From assembly GCA_963674695.2 (NCBI GenBank), contig CAXXGI010000001.1, positions 768,001 to 832,000 on the forward strand: a stretch of 64,000 nucleotides of DNA, written 5' to 3'. Shown here one piece after another: positions 46,739 to 56,250 of this stretch (position 1 is its first letter; the number at the start of each line of letters is the position of its first letter). The DNA comes from a bacterium (GTDB lineage: Bacteria > UBA10199 > 2-02-FULL-44-16 > JAAZCA01). Made by a program: the position numbers and the translations under genes. The notes below the pieces were generated by a model, which was given only the letters and a program-made list of their open reading frames with translations, was not told the DNA's origin and did not search any database.

Positions 46739-46776
46739 GTACGAGTTCCGATTTTGCGGTGACCAATCAGCCGTGA
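46739..46776 (+). repeat. att-like direct repeat copy 3
   Basis: gtacgagttccgattttgcggtgaccaatcagccgtga; 34 bp identical to copy 2. Confidence 0.9.
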
Positions 46777-46846
46777 ACACCAAAAAAATCGGGGACAGCT
46801 CTCTTTTGAATCGAGAACCATCCCCACATGAAATATCCACTTGCGA

Positions 46847-47797
46847 TCAGGCCCCTTCCATCTCCACAGCGATGGGCGCTTTCTTCTTCGGCTCCAAATG
46901 CAAACGCAGGTTCGAGGCGAGCAGCCCCGACTCGATCATCCGAACGGCGGGATCGGTGGAGACCGCGCCCGGAAACGCATCGGCATATCCGCGCAGGAGG
47001 TCGAGGTGCATACCGGCGCTGTGATCGATGGCCGCGAGCGCTTCCTTGCGGCCAGTCGGCTGCTTGAAAGCGGACATGGATTGCTCGCGTTGAGCATGGT
47101 GCCCAACAACGCGAACCGCATTGAGCAGTGCATGGCCCCACAACACACCACCCAGCAGGCGCGCTCCCGCTCGAAGAAAGAGCGTTCCAGCCGTTCCCCC
47201 TATGGCCATATCTCGAAAACGCACCTGTTGCCCAACAACGGTCCTCAAATCCCCCAACGCACGAAGGTTCATGGAGATATTGCCTCCCACTGCATACGCA
47301 AACGTCGCCACCGCTTCCAGTGAAAACAAATTGCGGTCAGCGGAGTGCTTCAGCATCGCCCCCGTCAAGGATGGCGCGATGAGATGATCATCGAGGCCAT
47401 CGCTCGGCGCACCGGACAACCTGAGCCGTCGCGGAAAGAGCGGAAGACCGATTGTGTGCGCATTGAGTTGCTGTGCAAGCCCCTCCATACGTCGGTTCAT
47501 TTCGGGATTGAGTTTTTGTACAAAACCGGAGATCTCCGATGCATCCGGCTCTTGGGAAATGCCACCCGACGCCGTCTGCACGAGATCATATCTTTCAAGC
47601 TTTTCATTGAGCACCGTTATCGCCCGCTGATCCTGCGTGTCGTCAAGAAGGGCGTTCGCCCGCTTCGTCAGTTCGCCGACAGGGCTATACCACGGATCCA
47701 AGGGCTCGACATAGACACCGTTCTTCATCGCACCGGCAATCTCCTGCCAGCCCATGACTGGCATCGACACTGTCGTTATCGAAGTCATGAATGTCAT
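46847..47797 (-). CDS. Orphan membrane protein, cassette paralog B
   Basis: Identical ggaggatgcgatgacattcatga start context; GWQEIA, VYVEPL, GLPLFP, GGNI, ALAAIDHSA..HLDLLRGYA.AFPG.VSTDPA.RMIESGLLA shared with paralog A. Confidence 0.75.
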   Translation of the reverse strand: MTFMTSITTVSMPVMGWQEIAGAMKNGVYVEPLDPWYSPVGELTKRANALLDDTQDQRAITVLNEKLERYDLVQTASGGISQEPDASEISGFVQKLNPEMNRRMEGLAQQLNAHTIGLPLFPRRLRLSGAPSDGLDDHLIAPSLTGAMLKHSADRNLFSLEAVATFAYAVGGNISMNLRALGDLRTVVGQQVRFRDMAIGGTAGTLFLRAGARLLGGVLWGHALLNAVRVVGHHAQREQSMSAFKQPTGRKEALAAIDHSAGMHLDLLRGYADAFPGAVSTDPAVRMIESGLLASNLRLHLEPKKKAPIAVEMEGA

Positions 47798-47861
47798 CGC
47801 ATCCTCCTTGGCATTATGTTCAACCACCCCACGGATCGAACGGTTGGGACATGCGCCCTTT

Positions 47862-47887
47862 CTATCGCACAACACGAAAACAAGTTG
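47862..47887 (-). promoter_or_regulatory. Sigma28-like promoter motif copy
   Basis: Minus strand CAAC-N14-TGCGATAG. Confidence 0.55.
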
Positions 47888-47971
47888 TGCATTTTTTTGC
47901 ACAAAGGCGAAAAAACCGTTTTCTTTTGAGAACGGGAATAATGGCCGTTTACAGAGAGAACCGATGGAGAT

Positions 47972-48823
47972 CTATCGCCGTTCGGCGGGTTCGTCGGCGG
48001 GCTGGGCGGGCGGCAGGCGCAGATCTTCGCCGACCGCATCGATGATCTCGACCGGCAGCGGAAGCTCGGCCTTGCGCACGAAGCCCTCGAAGAGGGCGTT
48101 GTCGCAGATGACGTTGACCAGCCGCGGATTGCCCTTCGACAGAAGGTGAATGCGCGTGAGCGCGTCGATGGCGAAGACCTGTTTTGCGGAGCCGGCGTGG
48201 AAGAGGCGAAAGCGAACGTAGTCGATGAGGACATTCTCGGGGAGATTCTTGAGCTCACAGCGCACCGCGATGCGCTGTTTGAGCGCGGGCTCGCTGAGCA
48301 GACATTCATCAAGCGGCAGCATGCCGAACATGATGAAGGTAATGAGTTTGGCATCCGACAGTTCGAGGTTTAAGAGCCCGCGCAACTCTTCGAGCACCTC
48401 TTGTTTGCGCAGCATGTGCGCCTCATCGATGATGATGACGGCGCGGCGGCCATCATCGGCGATCACATTGAGGCGATCGTAGAGGCGGGTGAGCACATCG
48501 ACCTTGCTCCCCTCCAGATCCTCCACGCCGAGCTGCCCCGCGATGCGGCGAATGAGCCAGTCGCCGGTGACATCGCCGTGGAGCACCACGAGCATGGCGC
48601 ATTCAAACTGATCATCGGGGAGCGACTCAAACAGACGGCGCGCGAGAAGCGTCTTTCCGGTCCCCACGTCCCCCACGCAGACGCCCAGGCCCTTCATCCC
48701 ATCGGCCACGCGCTTGAGGCGGAGGAAGGCCTGGTCGTGCTGATCGTTGTGATAATAGAACTTCGTCAGCGGCATCACCGCGAAGGGCTCTTCCTTGAGA
48801 TCGTAATAGGCCAGATGGTCCAT
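47972..48823 (-). CDS. ExeA/GspA-family AAA ATPase
   Basis: YYDLKEEPF, GDVGTGKT, IIIDEAH, LKQRI, SKGNPRLVNVICDNAL. Confidence 0.9.
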   Translation of the reverse strand: MDHLAYYDLKEEPFAVMPLTKFYYHNDQHDQAFLRLKRVADGMKGLGVCVGDVGTGKTLLARRLFESLPDDQFECAMLVVLHGDVTGDWLIRRIAGQLGVEDLEGSKVDVLTRLYDRLNVIADDGRRAVIIIDEAHMLRKQEVLEELRGLLNLELSDAKLITFIMFGMLPLDECLLSEPALKQRIAVRCELKNLPENVLIDYVRFRLFHAGSAKQVFAIDALTRIHLLSKGNPRLVNVICDNALFEGFVRKAELPLPVEIIDAVGEDLRLPPAQPADEPAERR

Positions 48824-48841
48824 GCGTATCCTTCCCGCTCC

Positions 48842-50419
48842 TCACACAAACGAGATCTTCTTTTTGTTCTTCTCTTTCGCCTCTTCTTTCGGCTTTGGCT
48901 TCGCCGATGGCTTTGGCGGTGGGTGCGATTGCGCCTTGTCCGCGGAAGACTCCTCCGCATCCGGCGGCGCCGTGATTTCAGCCACATCCGGCCGGATCGA
49001 TGATTTCACCGCCGACGGCTCACGACCGGACAGCCAGGATTCGATCGTGTTCAGGTTGGCATCGACATCAGCGCCACCCAGGCCGCCCAGGCGACAGGCG
49101 CGATAGAGCTGCTGCGCTCGTTCGAGTTGCGCGCGCGCCTCATCGACGAGCCCCGTGCGGCGATAGACCTGGGCCAGGTTGAACGCCGCATCGGCGCTGT
49201 GCCGATCGGCGATGCTCGCCTTCGGCGGCGTCGGCGGCACTGCCGGTGCGACTGGTTTCGGCTCCGGTTTTTGCTCTGGCTCTGGCTCCGGCTCTGGTTC
49301 CGACACCGCCTCGGGCGCTGCCTTCGTCTCGACCGAAACGGGAGACTTCGCTTTGCGCTTTCCCTGAGTCTTCCCCTTTTCCCGATCCTGTCCTTCCACA
49401 TCCGACATCGCCGTCCTGCCCGTCGTCTCCTCCTCCTGCCGACGGATCTCCTCCTCCTCGAGGACCTGGCGTCGCTGGGCCGCGCGCGCGACGACATCGG
49501 GCATCGCCCCGGATTTGACCGCCTCGACTGTGCGTTCGAAGCGATCCTCTTCGTCGGGAAAGAGGGCGAGGATCTCGACATAGGCGTCGAGCGCTTCATC
49601 GACCTGCCCAGCCTCCTCCTCCACCTCGGCCAGTCGCATGAGCTTGGCCCGCGCGGTGTCGTTCTGATTTTGAGCGATGTAGAGTTCAGCGGCGAGTTTT
49701 AAAAAACCGGCGTCGTTTTCAACGACCTCGCCACCGGCTTCCAACCACTGCAGCGTCTTTTTGGTCTCGCCCAATCCATTATAGATGGCGATGAGCTTTG
49801 GCACCAGGTCGTGTCGTTCGGGGCGATGCGCCAAGACCTTTTCCAGGACGTCGGCGAGTTTAGCCTGGTCGCGCCCCTCGCGCTCGAGCTGGCGCGCATA
49901 CTCCTCATACTGATTGATCGCCTCGTCGATCTTTCCTTCGCGCTGATAGAGCTCGGCCAGTCGCACGCGCTGAACGCCGTTGTCCGGATCGAGCGAAACG
50001 ATCTTGGCGCGAATGTCGAAGACACGATCGATCATCGCGCGCATATCGAGCGCGGAGGCAAGGATGTCGTATTGGCGAATGGCATCGTGTTTGAGGCCCA
50101 TGCGCTCGTAGAGACCCGCGAGCGCCTCGTTCACATCCATCATCGAGGGATTGAGCCGTAGGATGTTCTTATAGACGGTGACGGCTTTCAGAAAGAAACC
50201 ATCGGCGGAATAGCTCTGGGCAACCTCGCGATAGATGCGAATGGCTTCACCCACCTGCTTGCGCTTCGTGTAGAGCTCGGCCATGCGCAGCTTCACCCGC
50301 AGATCGCTCGGATCGGCCAGGACGATCTTCTCGTACTCCCGGATAGCGCGGTCGAGCTTGCCCTCCTGCACAAAAGCTCGTGCCAGCTCCAAGATCTTTT
50401 CCTTATTGACCACGTTCAT
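48842..50419 (-). CDS. TPR-repeat protein with Pro/Glu-rich C-terminal linker
   Basis: Multiple TPR units; GFFLKAVTVYKNIL; C-terminal KKKISFV. Confidence 0.85.
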   Translation of the reverse strand: MNVVNKEKILELARAFVQEGKLDRAIREYEKIVLADPSDLRVKLRMAELYTKRKQVGEAIRIYREVAQSYSADGFFLKAVTVYKNILRLNPSMMDVNEALAGLYERMGLKHDAIRQYDILASALDMRAMIDRVFDIRAKIVSLDPDNGVQRVRLAELYQREGKIDEAINQYEEYARQLEREGRDQAKLADVLEKVLAHRPERHDLVPKLIAIYNGLGETKKTLQWLEAGGEVVENDAGFLKLAAELYIAQNQNDTARAKLMRLAEVEEEAGQVDEALDAYVEILALFPDEEDRFERTVEAVKSGAMPDVVARAAQRRQVLEEEEIRRQEEETTGRTAMSDVEGQDREKGKTQGKRKAKSPVSVETKAAPEAVSEPEPEPEPEQKPEPKPVAPAVPPTPPKASIADRHSADAAFNLAQVYRRTGLVDEARAQLERAQQLYRACRLGGLGGADVDANLNTIESWLSGREPSAVKSSIRPDVAEITAPPDAEESSADKAQSHPPPKPSAKPKPKEEAKEKNKKKISFV

Positions 50420-50492
50420 CGAATGGAACCCTTTCGGATGAGACGGGCGCCTCCTGGAGAACAAACGGCATAAACGTATGTCAGATGAACCC

Positions 50493-51041
50493 TCACACGG
50501 CGACGGTCAGGGCATCGAGCCCATTGCGTGCCGCCTCGTTGGCGGGGTCGGCCTTGAGAATCGTGCGGTAGATCTCGCAGGCCCTGTCGCGATGTCCCTG
50601 GGTGGCATAGATCTTGGCCATCGTCACCGTGTTCCAAGAGGGCGCGCTCGATCGCTCCTCATGCGGGACGTGCGCAACCGCGGGCGCGGGCACCTTCATC
50701 GACATCTCCCCACGCGCCTCGCGCGCCTTGAGTTCCTCGATCTCCTCGAGCATGACGCGCGCCCGATCGTTTTCGGGCATGATGTTCAGCGCCTGCTGCA
50801 ACTCGTCTTCGGCCTCTTCCCAGTTTCCCCGCTTGAGATGGACCTTGGCCATGATGATGCGACCGCTCACGAGCGTGGGATAGCGCTTGATGCCCTCTCG
50901 ACAGACGGTAAAGGCCTCGTCGATCATGCCATAGAGGAGGAAATATTCGGCGACCGGCGCAAAGACGATGGAGGTCGGATCTTCTTGCCACTGTCGATAA
51001 TAGCGCAGAAACAATGAATTGTTCAGGAGTTCCGGATTCAT
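50493..51041 (-). CDS. TPR protein
   Basis: DPTSIVFAPVAEY, TVTMAKIYATQGH..RA.EIY TPR pattern. Confidence 0.8.
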   Translation of the reverse strand: MNPELLNNSLFLRYYRQWQEDPTSIVFAPVAEYFLLYGMIDEAFTVCREGIKRYPTLVSGRIIMAKVHLKRGNWEEAEDELQQALNIMPENDRARVMLEEIEELKAREARGEMSMKVPAPAVAHVPHEERSSAPSWNTVTMAKIYATQGHRDRACEIYRTILKADPANEAARNGLDALTVAV

Positions 51042-51104
51042 AAGTCTTTTGTGATTACACAAAAGGATCGGCTGAGGCAAGCTGGAACTCGAAAGGTATG
51101 ACCC

Positions 51105-51188
51105 AGTCACGAGTTACGAGTTACGAGTCACGAGTCACGAGTCACGAGTCACGAGTTACGAGTTACGAGTTACGAGTTACGAGTTACG
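51105..51188. repeat. Heptamer tandem repeat (AGTYACG)12
   Basis: 12 units of agtcacg/agttacg just downstream of the HTH gene. Confidence 0.92.
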
Positions 51189-51196
51189 GCTCTTTG

Positions 51197-51415
51197 TCAC
51201 CCCTCTGGAAAGAGACGATTCTTGTCGGTGAGCTTGAGGCCCAAGGCAAGCAGGATCTTGCGCTTGGTGTCCATGCGACAGGGCATACCGTTTTCGACGC
51301 GATCGATGGTGAGGGCAGAGAGCCCAGCCTTGCGAGCGAGTTCAGCCTTGCTCATGAGGAGATCTTCGCGACACTTGCGAACGTTGTTGGAGATGATTAT
51401 CGTTTCCTTCGTCAT
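51197..51415 (-). CDS. Small XRE-type HTH regulator (type commonly linked to type IV pilus genes in deltaproteobacteria)
   Basis: NNVRKCRE.LLMSKAELARKAGLS.LTIDRVE.GM.CRMDTKRKI. Confidence 0.88.
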   Translation of the reverse strand: MTKETIIISNNVRKCREDLLMSKAELARKAGLSALTIDRVENGMPCRMDTKRKILLALGLKLTDKNRLFPEG

Positions 51416-51620
51416 AAATCCGTTCCACCCTTCTTCTTTATAGTGTCATTCCGTTTTCGGCATCAGCTGTGGATAATTATTCCGCTAAATTGGATGAATC
51501 GTCAAGCGTTCATGTATAATTTTCTAAAATTATACGATATTATCATTAATTGACATGAAGATTATGCTGTAAAGCAATGGAAATAAAACAGATATTTTGT
51601 AAATATAAATACTGAAAATA

Positions 51621-52472
51621 CTACGAGAACAGACCTATGTACCAGGTGAGAAAGAGACGACCGACAAAGAGGTAGATGAGTCCCGCAAGGGCCAAAAAGG
51701 GACCATACGGAATGGCGTATTTGAAATCGCGTCGCAGGATGAGGATCAGCCCCACGCCGACGATCGACCCGAGGATGGAGGAGGTCAGCAACATCAACAG
51801 CGCTGCGCGCCATCCGAAGAAGGCGCCGAGCATCGCCATGAGTTTGACGTCGCCACCGCCGAGTCCCTCCTGGTGACGCACGCGTTCGTAAACCGTCGCC
51901 ACGAGATAGAGGAGCCCACCGCCGACGAGCGCCCCGGCAAACGACTCGAGCAGGGCGCGACCGTAGTGCCCCTGCCCCTCCAGGATGGTGAAAATGGCCA
52001 TACCGGTAAAAATTCCGGGAATGGAGATGACATCGGGGATGATGCGACAATCCAGATCGATGACGGTGATGATGACGAGCGGAACGATGAGAAAGATAAA
52101 ATAGAGCAGAAACGGAAGCGGTTGGCGAAAATACCACCAGGAAAAGAGTGCCAGGACGATGCAGGCCAACTCGACCAGGGGATAGCGCAGCGCAATCGAT
52201 GCATGACAGGCGCGACAGCGCCCCCGCAACACGAGGTAACTGATCAGCGGCACGTTCTCCCACCAGGAGAGGCGATGCGAACACTTCGGACAATGCGACG
52301 GCGGCCAGAAGAGGATCTTCACCGAGGGCCAGAACGCCTCCTCCTGAGGCAGACGCACGATACAGACGTTGGCAAAGCTCCCCAGAATTGCGCCAATGAA
52401 TCCCGCGCAGAGATAAAACGCCCACGATGGCCAATTAGCAATGATCGATATCATAGCCGGAACGTACCACAT
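51621..52472 (-). CDS. pilD: Prepilin peptidase / N-methyltransferase
   Basis: GSFANVCIVRLP, SHCPKC, GRCRAC, IDLD, GGGDVKL, IPYGPFLA. Confidence 0.93.
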   Translation of the reverse strand: MWYVPAMISIIANWPSWAFYLCAGFIGAILGSFANVCIVRLPQEEAFWPSVKILFWPPSHCPKCSHRLSWWENVPLISYLVLRGRCRACHASIALRYPLVELACIVLALFSWWYFRQPLPFLLYFIFLIVPLVIITVIDLDCRIIPDVISIPGIFTGMAIFTILEGQGHYGRALLESFAGALVGGGLLYLVATVYERVRHQEGLGGGDVKLMAMLGAFFGWRAALLMLLTSSILGSIVGVGLILILRRDFKYAIPYGPFLALAGLIYLFVGRLFLTWYIGLFS

Positions 52473-52586
52473 CGCGCCCCGAAAAAAAATGCCGAGGTTT
52501 CGCCCTTCCCCCTTCGCCCTTCACGGTTTTTAGGCCCTTGCCTCACTTGAAACCCTGTGTTAGAGCCGGATGCGAGGGGGGAGGCC

Positions 52587-52892
52587 ATGACGACCAAACC
52601 GCCAAGACCGGAGAAAGCCTACTTCGGCAAGCAGGACTTCAAGAAGCGACAGAAAATCGCGGAGACCCAGCGCGAAGAGAGCGAGCTGGCCGAGAAGTCG
52701 AGGCTCAAGCAGTTGCATTGGCGTCGCTGCGGAAACTGTGGGGGCGAACTCGAGAGCATCCCCTTCAAGGGCGAAACCGTCTTCAGATGCCCCGGCTGCG
52801 GAGCAGCCCTGCTCCTCAAAGATACCCTGAAACAGCTCTGTGGCGAAGAGAGCCGCTTCTTCGACAGTCTCCTGGACCTCTTTAAATTCTGA
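52587..52892 (+). CDS. Zinc-ribbon protein (zf-TFIIB-like)
   Basis: CGNCGGEL...CPGCG; coupled to gatC. Confidence 0.75.
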   Translation: MTTKPPRPEKAYFGKQDFKKRQKIAETQREESELAEKSRLKQLHWRRCGNCGGELESIPFKGETVFRCPGCGAALLLKDTLKQLCGEESRFFDSLLDLFKF

Positions 52893-53203
52893 TGACCACC
52901 ACCAAACAGACCGACATCCGTGCTATCGTCAAACGCACCTCTGAGCTGGCCCGACTCTCCCTTCCCCCTGAGGAGGAGGAGCGTTTCATCGCCAAGGCCC
53001 GTGCGCTGCTCGACTATGTGGAACAGCTTGGAGAACTCGACACGACGGGAATCGAACCGACCGCGCATGCGGTCGCCTTCGCACAGGTGCTTCGCGAAGA
53101 CGTCCCCATCGCGTCGGAGAAGGCCGCGACCATTCTCGAGGCGGCGCCCGAGCGCGACGGCCCCTACGTCCAGGTGCCCAAGGTGATCGACAGTGAGCAA
53201 TAA
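52892..53203 (+). CDS. gatC: Asp/Glu-tRNA amidotransferase subunit C
   Basis: [25 protein letters not shown]; upstream of gatA. Confidence 0.92.
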   Translation: MTTTKQTDIRAIVKRTSELARLSLPPEEEERFIAKARALLDYVEQLGELDTTGIEPTAHAVAFAQVLREDVPIASEKAATILEAAPERDGPYVQVPKVIDSEQ

Positions 53204-54674
53204 GAACCCATCCTCAGATCTGCGCGACCGCACGATCGCTGAACTCGCTTCGCTTCTGCATGCGCGCGAGATCTCTGCGCGCGAGGTGACCGAAACCTAC
53301 CTGGCCGAAATCTCCACGCGCGATGAGACGCTTGGCTGCTATCTCACCCAGACGCGCGAACGCGCGCTCGCTCAGGCCGACGCCGCCGATGCACGTCTGA
53401 GCGCGGGCACAGACCTCACGCCGCTCACCGGCATCCCCATCGCGCTCAAAGATATTTACCTCACCGAAGGCGTGCGCACGACCTGCGCCTCGCGCATCCT
53501 CGAAGACTATATCGCCACCTACGACGGAACCGCAGTGGCGAAACTACGAGCGGCGGGCACGGTCCTGTTGGGCAAGCTCAACATGGATGAATTCGCTATG
53601 GGCAGCTCGAACGAACACTCCGCCTTCGGGCCGGTGCGCAACCCCTGGAACACCGACTATGTCCCGGGCGGATCGAGCGGGGGCTCCGCCGCCGCAGTGG
53701 CCGCGGGTCTGGCCGCAGGGACGTTCGGTACCGATACCGGCGGGTCGATCCGACAGCCTGCAGCCCATTGCGGCGTGGTCGGCATCAAGCCGACCTACGG
53801 AAGGGTCAGCCGCTTCGGCGTGATCGCGTTTGCCAGTTCGCTCGACCAGGTCGGGCCCTTGGCCCGCACCGTGCGCGATGCCGCGCTCCTGTTGGAGGCT
53901 GTGGCCGGTCACGACCCCCATGATGCCACCTCGATCCCTGCACCGGTTCCCTGTTATGCCGATGCGCTCACCGGAGACGTCAACGGCCGCATCATCGGCC
54001 TGCCCCGTGAATATTTCGGCGAGGGCATCGATGCGGAGGTCGTCGTGGCGGTCAAGAAGGCCGCCGCCCACCTCGAGGGCATGGGGGCGAAGATCGAGGA
54101 GATCTCGCTCCCGCACACGCGTTATGCCGTCCCCTGCTACTATATCATCGCCCCGGCCGAGGCCTCCTCGAACCTGGCGCGCTACGATGGCATCCGCTAC
54201 GGCCTGCGCGTCAACACCGGCGGCGACCTGGACGAACTCTACGAGGCCACGCGGACGCAGGGCTTCGGCCCGGAGGTGCGGCTGCGGATCATCGTCGGCA
54301 CGTTCGTCCTCTCGTCGGGCTACTACGACGCCTATTACCGCAAGGCGCAGCAGGTGCGCACGCTGATCAAAGAGGACTTTACGAAGGCCTTCGAGCGCTG
54401 CGATGCGATCCTCGGTCCGGTCACGCCCACACCACCCTTCAAGCTGAATGAAAAAATCGACGACCCGATTGCGATGTACATGAGCGATGTGCTGACCATC
54501 CCCACGAGCCTTGCAGGGCTGCCCGGCATGTCGCTCCCCTGCGGGATCTCGAAGGCGGGGCTCCCCATCGGCCTACAGCTGATCGGAAAACCCTTGGAGG
54601 AAGCGACGATTCTCAACATCGCGCACGCATACGAACAATCGACGGAGTGGCATAGGAAGGTACCGGTTCGATAG
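53193..54674 (+). CDS. gatA: Asp/Glu-tRNA amidotransferase subunit A
   Basis: [51 protein letters not shown]. Confidence 0.97.
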   Translation: MSNKNPSSDLRDRTIAELASLLHAREISAREVTETYLAEISTRDETLGCYLTQTRERALAQADAADARLSAGTDLTPLTGIPIALKDIYLTEGVRTTCASRILEDYIATYDGTAVAKLRAAGTVLLGKLNMDEFAMGSSNEHSAFGPVRNPWNTDYVPGGSSGGSAAAVAAGLAAGTFGTDTGGSIRQPAAHCGVVGIKPTYGRVSRFGVIAFASSLDQVGPLARTVRDAALLLEAVAGHDPHDATSIPAPVPCYADALTGDVNGRIIGLPREYFGEGIDAEVVVAVKKAAAHLEGMGAKIEEISLPHTRYAVPCYYIIAPAEASSNLARYDGIRYGLRVNTGGDLDELYEATRTQGFGPEVRLRIIVGTFVLSSGYYDAYYRKAQQVRTLIKEDFTKAFERCDAILGPVTPTPPFKLNEKIDDPIAMYMSDVLTIPTSLAGLPGMSLPCGISKAGLPIGLQLIGKPLEEATILNIAHAYEQSTEWHRKVPVR

Positions 54675-54807
54675 TCCGATAGTCCGATGGTTCGTCGGTT
54701 ACAGCGTTTCGATTCCATGGTAGAGCGTCAAGCTGCATCGAACCATCGAACCATCGAACCATCGAACCATCGAACCATCGAACCATCGAACCATCGAACC
54801 ATCGAAC
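54666..54807. repeat. Inverted octamer tandem repeat (CATCGAAC)9 with degenerate complementary arm
   Basis: (catcgaac)x9 at 54736-54807; gttcgatagtccgatagtccgatggttcg at about 54666-54694. Confidence 0.9.
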
Positions 54808-54813
54808 GCATTT

Positions 54814-56250
54814 ATGACCACATACGAAACCATCATCGGACTTGAAGTGCATGCGCAGCTGGCCACGCGCAGCAAGATGTACTGCGCCTGCTCCACCAAT
54901 TTCGGCGACGCACCCAACACGAATATCTGCCCGGTCTGCATGGCCCAGCCCGGCGCGCTGCCGGTGGTCAACGAGCGCGCCATCGAGATGGCGATCAAAG
55001 CGGGGCTGGCCGTCGGCTGTGCGATTCAGCGCACGAGTGTCTTCGCGCGCAAGAACTACTTCTATCCGGATCTCACCAAGGGGTATCAGATCTCCCAGTA
55101 CGACAAGCCCCTCTGCCTCGGCGGAGCGATCGAGATCCACACGGGGGGAGCAATCCGCCGCATCGGCATCACGCGCATCCACCTCGAGGAGGATGCGGGA
55201 AAATCGCTGCACGATATGGGGCATCCCACGCAGAGCCACATCGACTTCAACCGCTGCGGCATGCCGCTCATCGAGATCGTCTCCGAGCCCGACATGCGGT
55301 CGCCACAGGAGGCGGGCGACTACCTGCGCACGCTGCGCAACGTGCTCGTCTATCTCGAGGTCTGCGAAGGCAACCTCCAGGAGGGAAACTTCCGCTGCGA
55401 CGCCAATATCTCGATCCGCCCGGTCGGACAGGAAAAGCTCGGCACGCGCACCGAGATGAAAAACCTCAACTCCTACCGCGCGGTCGAGCGGGCGATCGCC
55501 TTCGAGGCCAAGCGCCAACAAGAGGTAATTGAAAGCGGCGGAACTATCGTTCAGGAGACGCGTCTGTGGAACGATGCCGCCGGGCGCACCGAACCGATGC
55601 GCAGCAAGGAAGAGGCGCACGACTACCGCTATTTTCCCGATCCGGATCTCTTGCCGCTCGTGGTCGAAGACGACTGGATCGATCGCATGCGGATCGGTCT
55701 TCCGGAGCTGGCCGATGCACGACGCGCACGGTTCGTGGCCGAATTCGAAATCCCGGATGCAGATGCGGGAGTTCTCACCGATGATCGCGCGATCGCCGAT
55801 TATTTCGAGTCGACGGTACGTGCCGGCGCCCCGGCGAAGAAGGCGGCCAATTGGATTATTTCGGAGCTCATGCGCGAGATCAAGGAAGACGAACGCGGCA
55901 TCGCCGCCTGTCCGATCACGCCGGAACACTTGGCTGAACTCATCGCCCTCATTGAAAAAGGAACCCTCTCCGGGAAGATGGCCAAGGAAGTCTTCGCCGA
56001 GATGTTCCAGACGGGGACTGCGCCAGAGGCCATCGTCGAGAAGAAGGGGCTTTCACAGGTCAGCGATGCCGGCGAACTCGAAGCCGTGATCGAAGGGGTC
56101 ATCGCCGACAATCCGAAACAGCTCGAACAATACCGCAGCGGCAAGACGGCGGTCTTGGCCTTCTTCGTCGGCCAGACGATGAAGGCGACGAAAGGCAAAG
56201 CCAATCCGAAATTGGTGAATGAGATTTTGAAAAAGAAACTAGGATCATAA
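54814..56250 (+). CDS. gatB: Asp/Glu-tRNA amidotransferase subunit B
   Basis: IGLEVHAQL, RKNYFYPDL, HLEEDAGK, DYRYFPDPDL, GKANP. Confidence 0.97.
   Translation: MTTYETIIGLEVHAQLATRSKMYCACSTNFGDAPNTNICPVCMAQPGALPVVNERAIEMAIKAGLAVGCAIQRTSVFARKNYFYPDLTKGYQISQYDKPLCLGGAIEIHTGGAIRRIGITRIHLEEDAGKSLHDMGHPTQSHIDFNRCGMPLIEIVSEPDMRSPQEAGDYLRTLRNVLVYLEVCEGNLQEGNFRCDANISIRPVGQEKLGTRTEMKNLNSYRAVERAIAFEAKRQQEVIESGGTIVQETRLWNDAAGRTEPMRSKEEAHDYRYFPDPDLLPLVVEDDWIDRMRIGLPELADARRARFVAEFEIPDADAGVLTDDRAIADYFESTVRAGAPAKKAANWIISELMREIKEDERGIAACPITPEHLAELIALIEKGTLSGKMAKEVFAEMFQTGTAPEAIVEKKGLSQVSDAGELEAVIEGVIADNPKQLEQYRSGKTAVLAFFVGQTMKATKGKANPKLVNEILKKKLGS

Noticed and set aside
44326-46776. Three 38-bp direct repeats as a CRISPR array or integron attC sites
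   Set aside because: Spacers exceed 1 kb, the repeat is the coding 3' end of a gene, it is not palindromic, and no cas or intI gene is present.
45551-47797. Diversity-generating retroelement (TR/VR pair)
   Set aside because: No reverse transcriptase in the window, and the paralog differences are not adenine-specific.
51105-51188. Short tandem repeats (also 14101, 54736) as CRISPR or coding repeats
   Set aside because: No spacers; the ORFs crossing them (e.g. 51098-51553, 14021-14386, 54699-54998) are low-complexity artefacts.
51420-51620. Replication origin
   Set aside because: Only one DnaA box and no dnaA/dnaN/gidA context.
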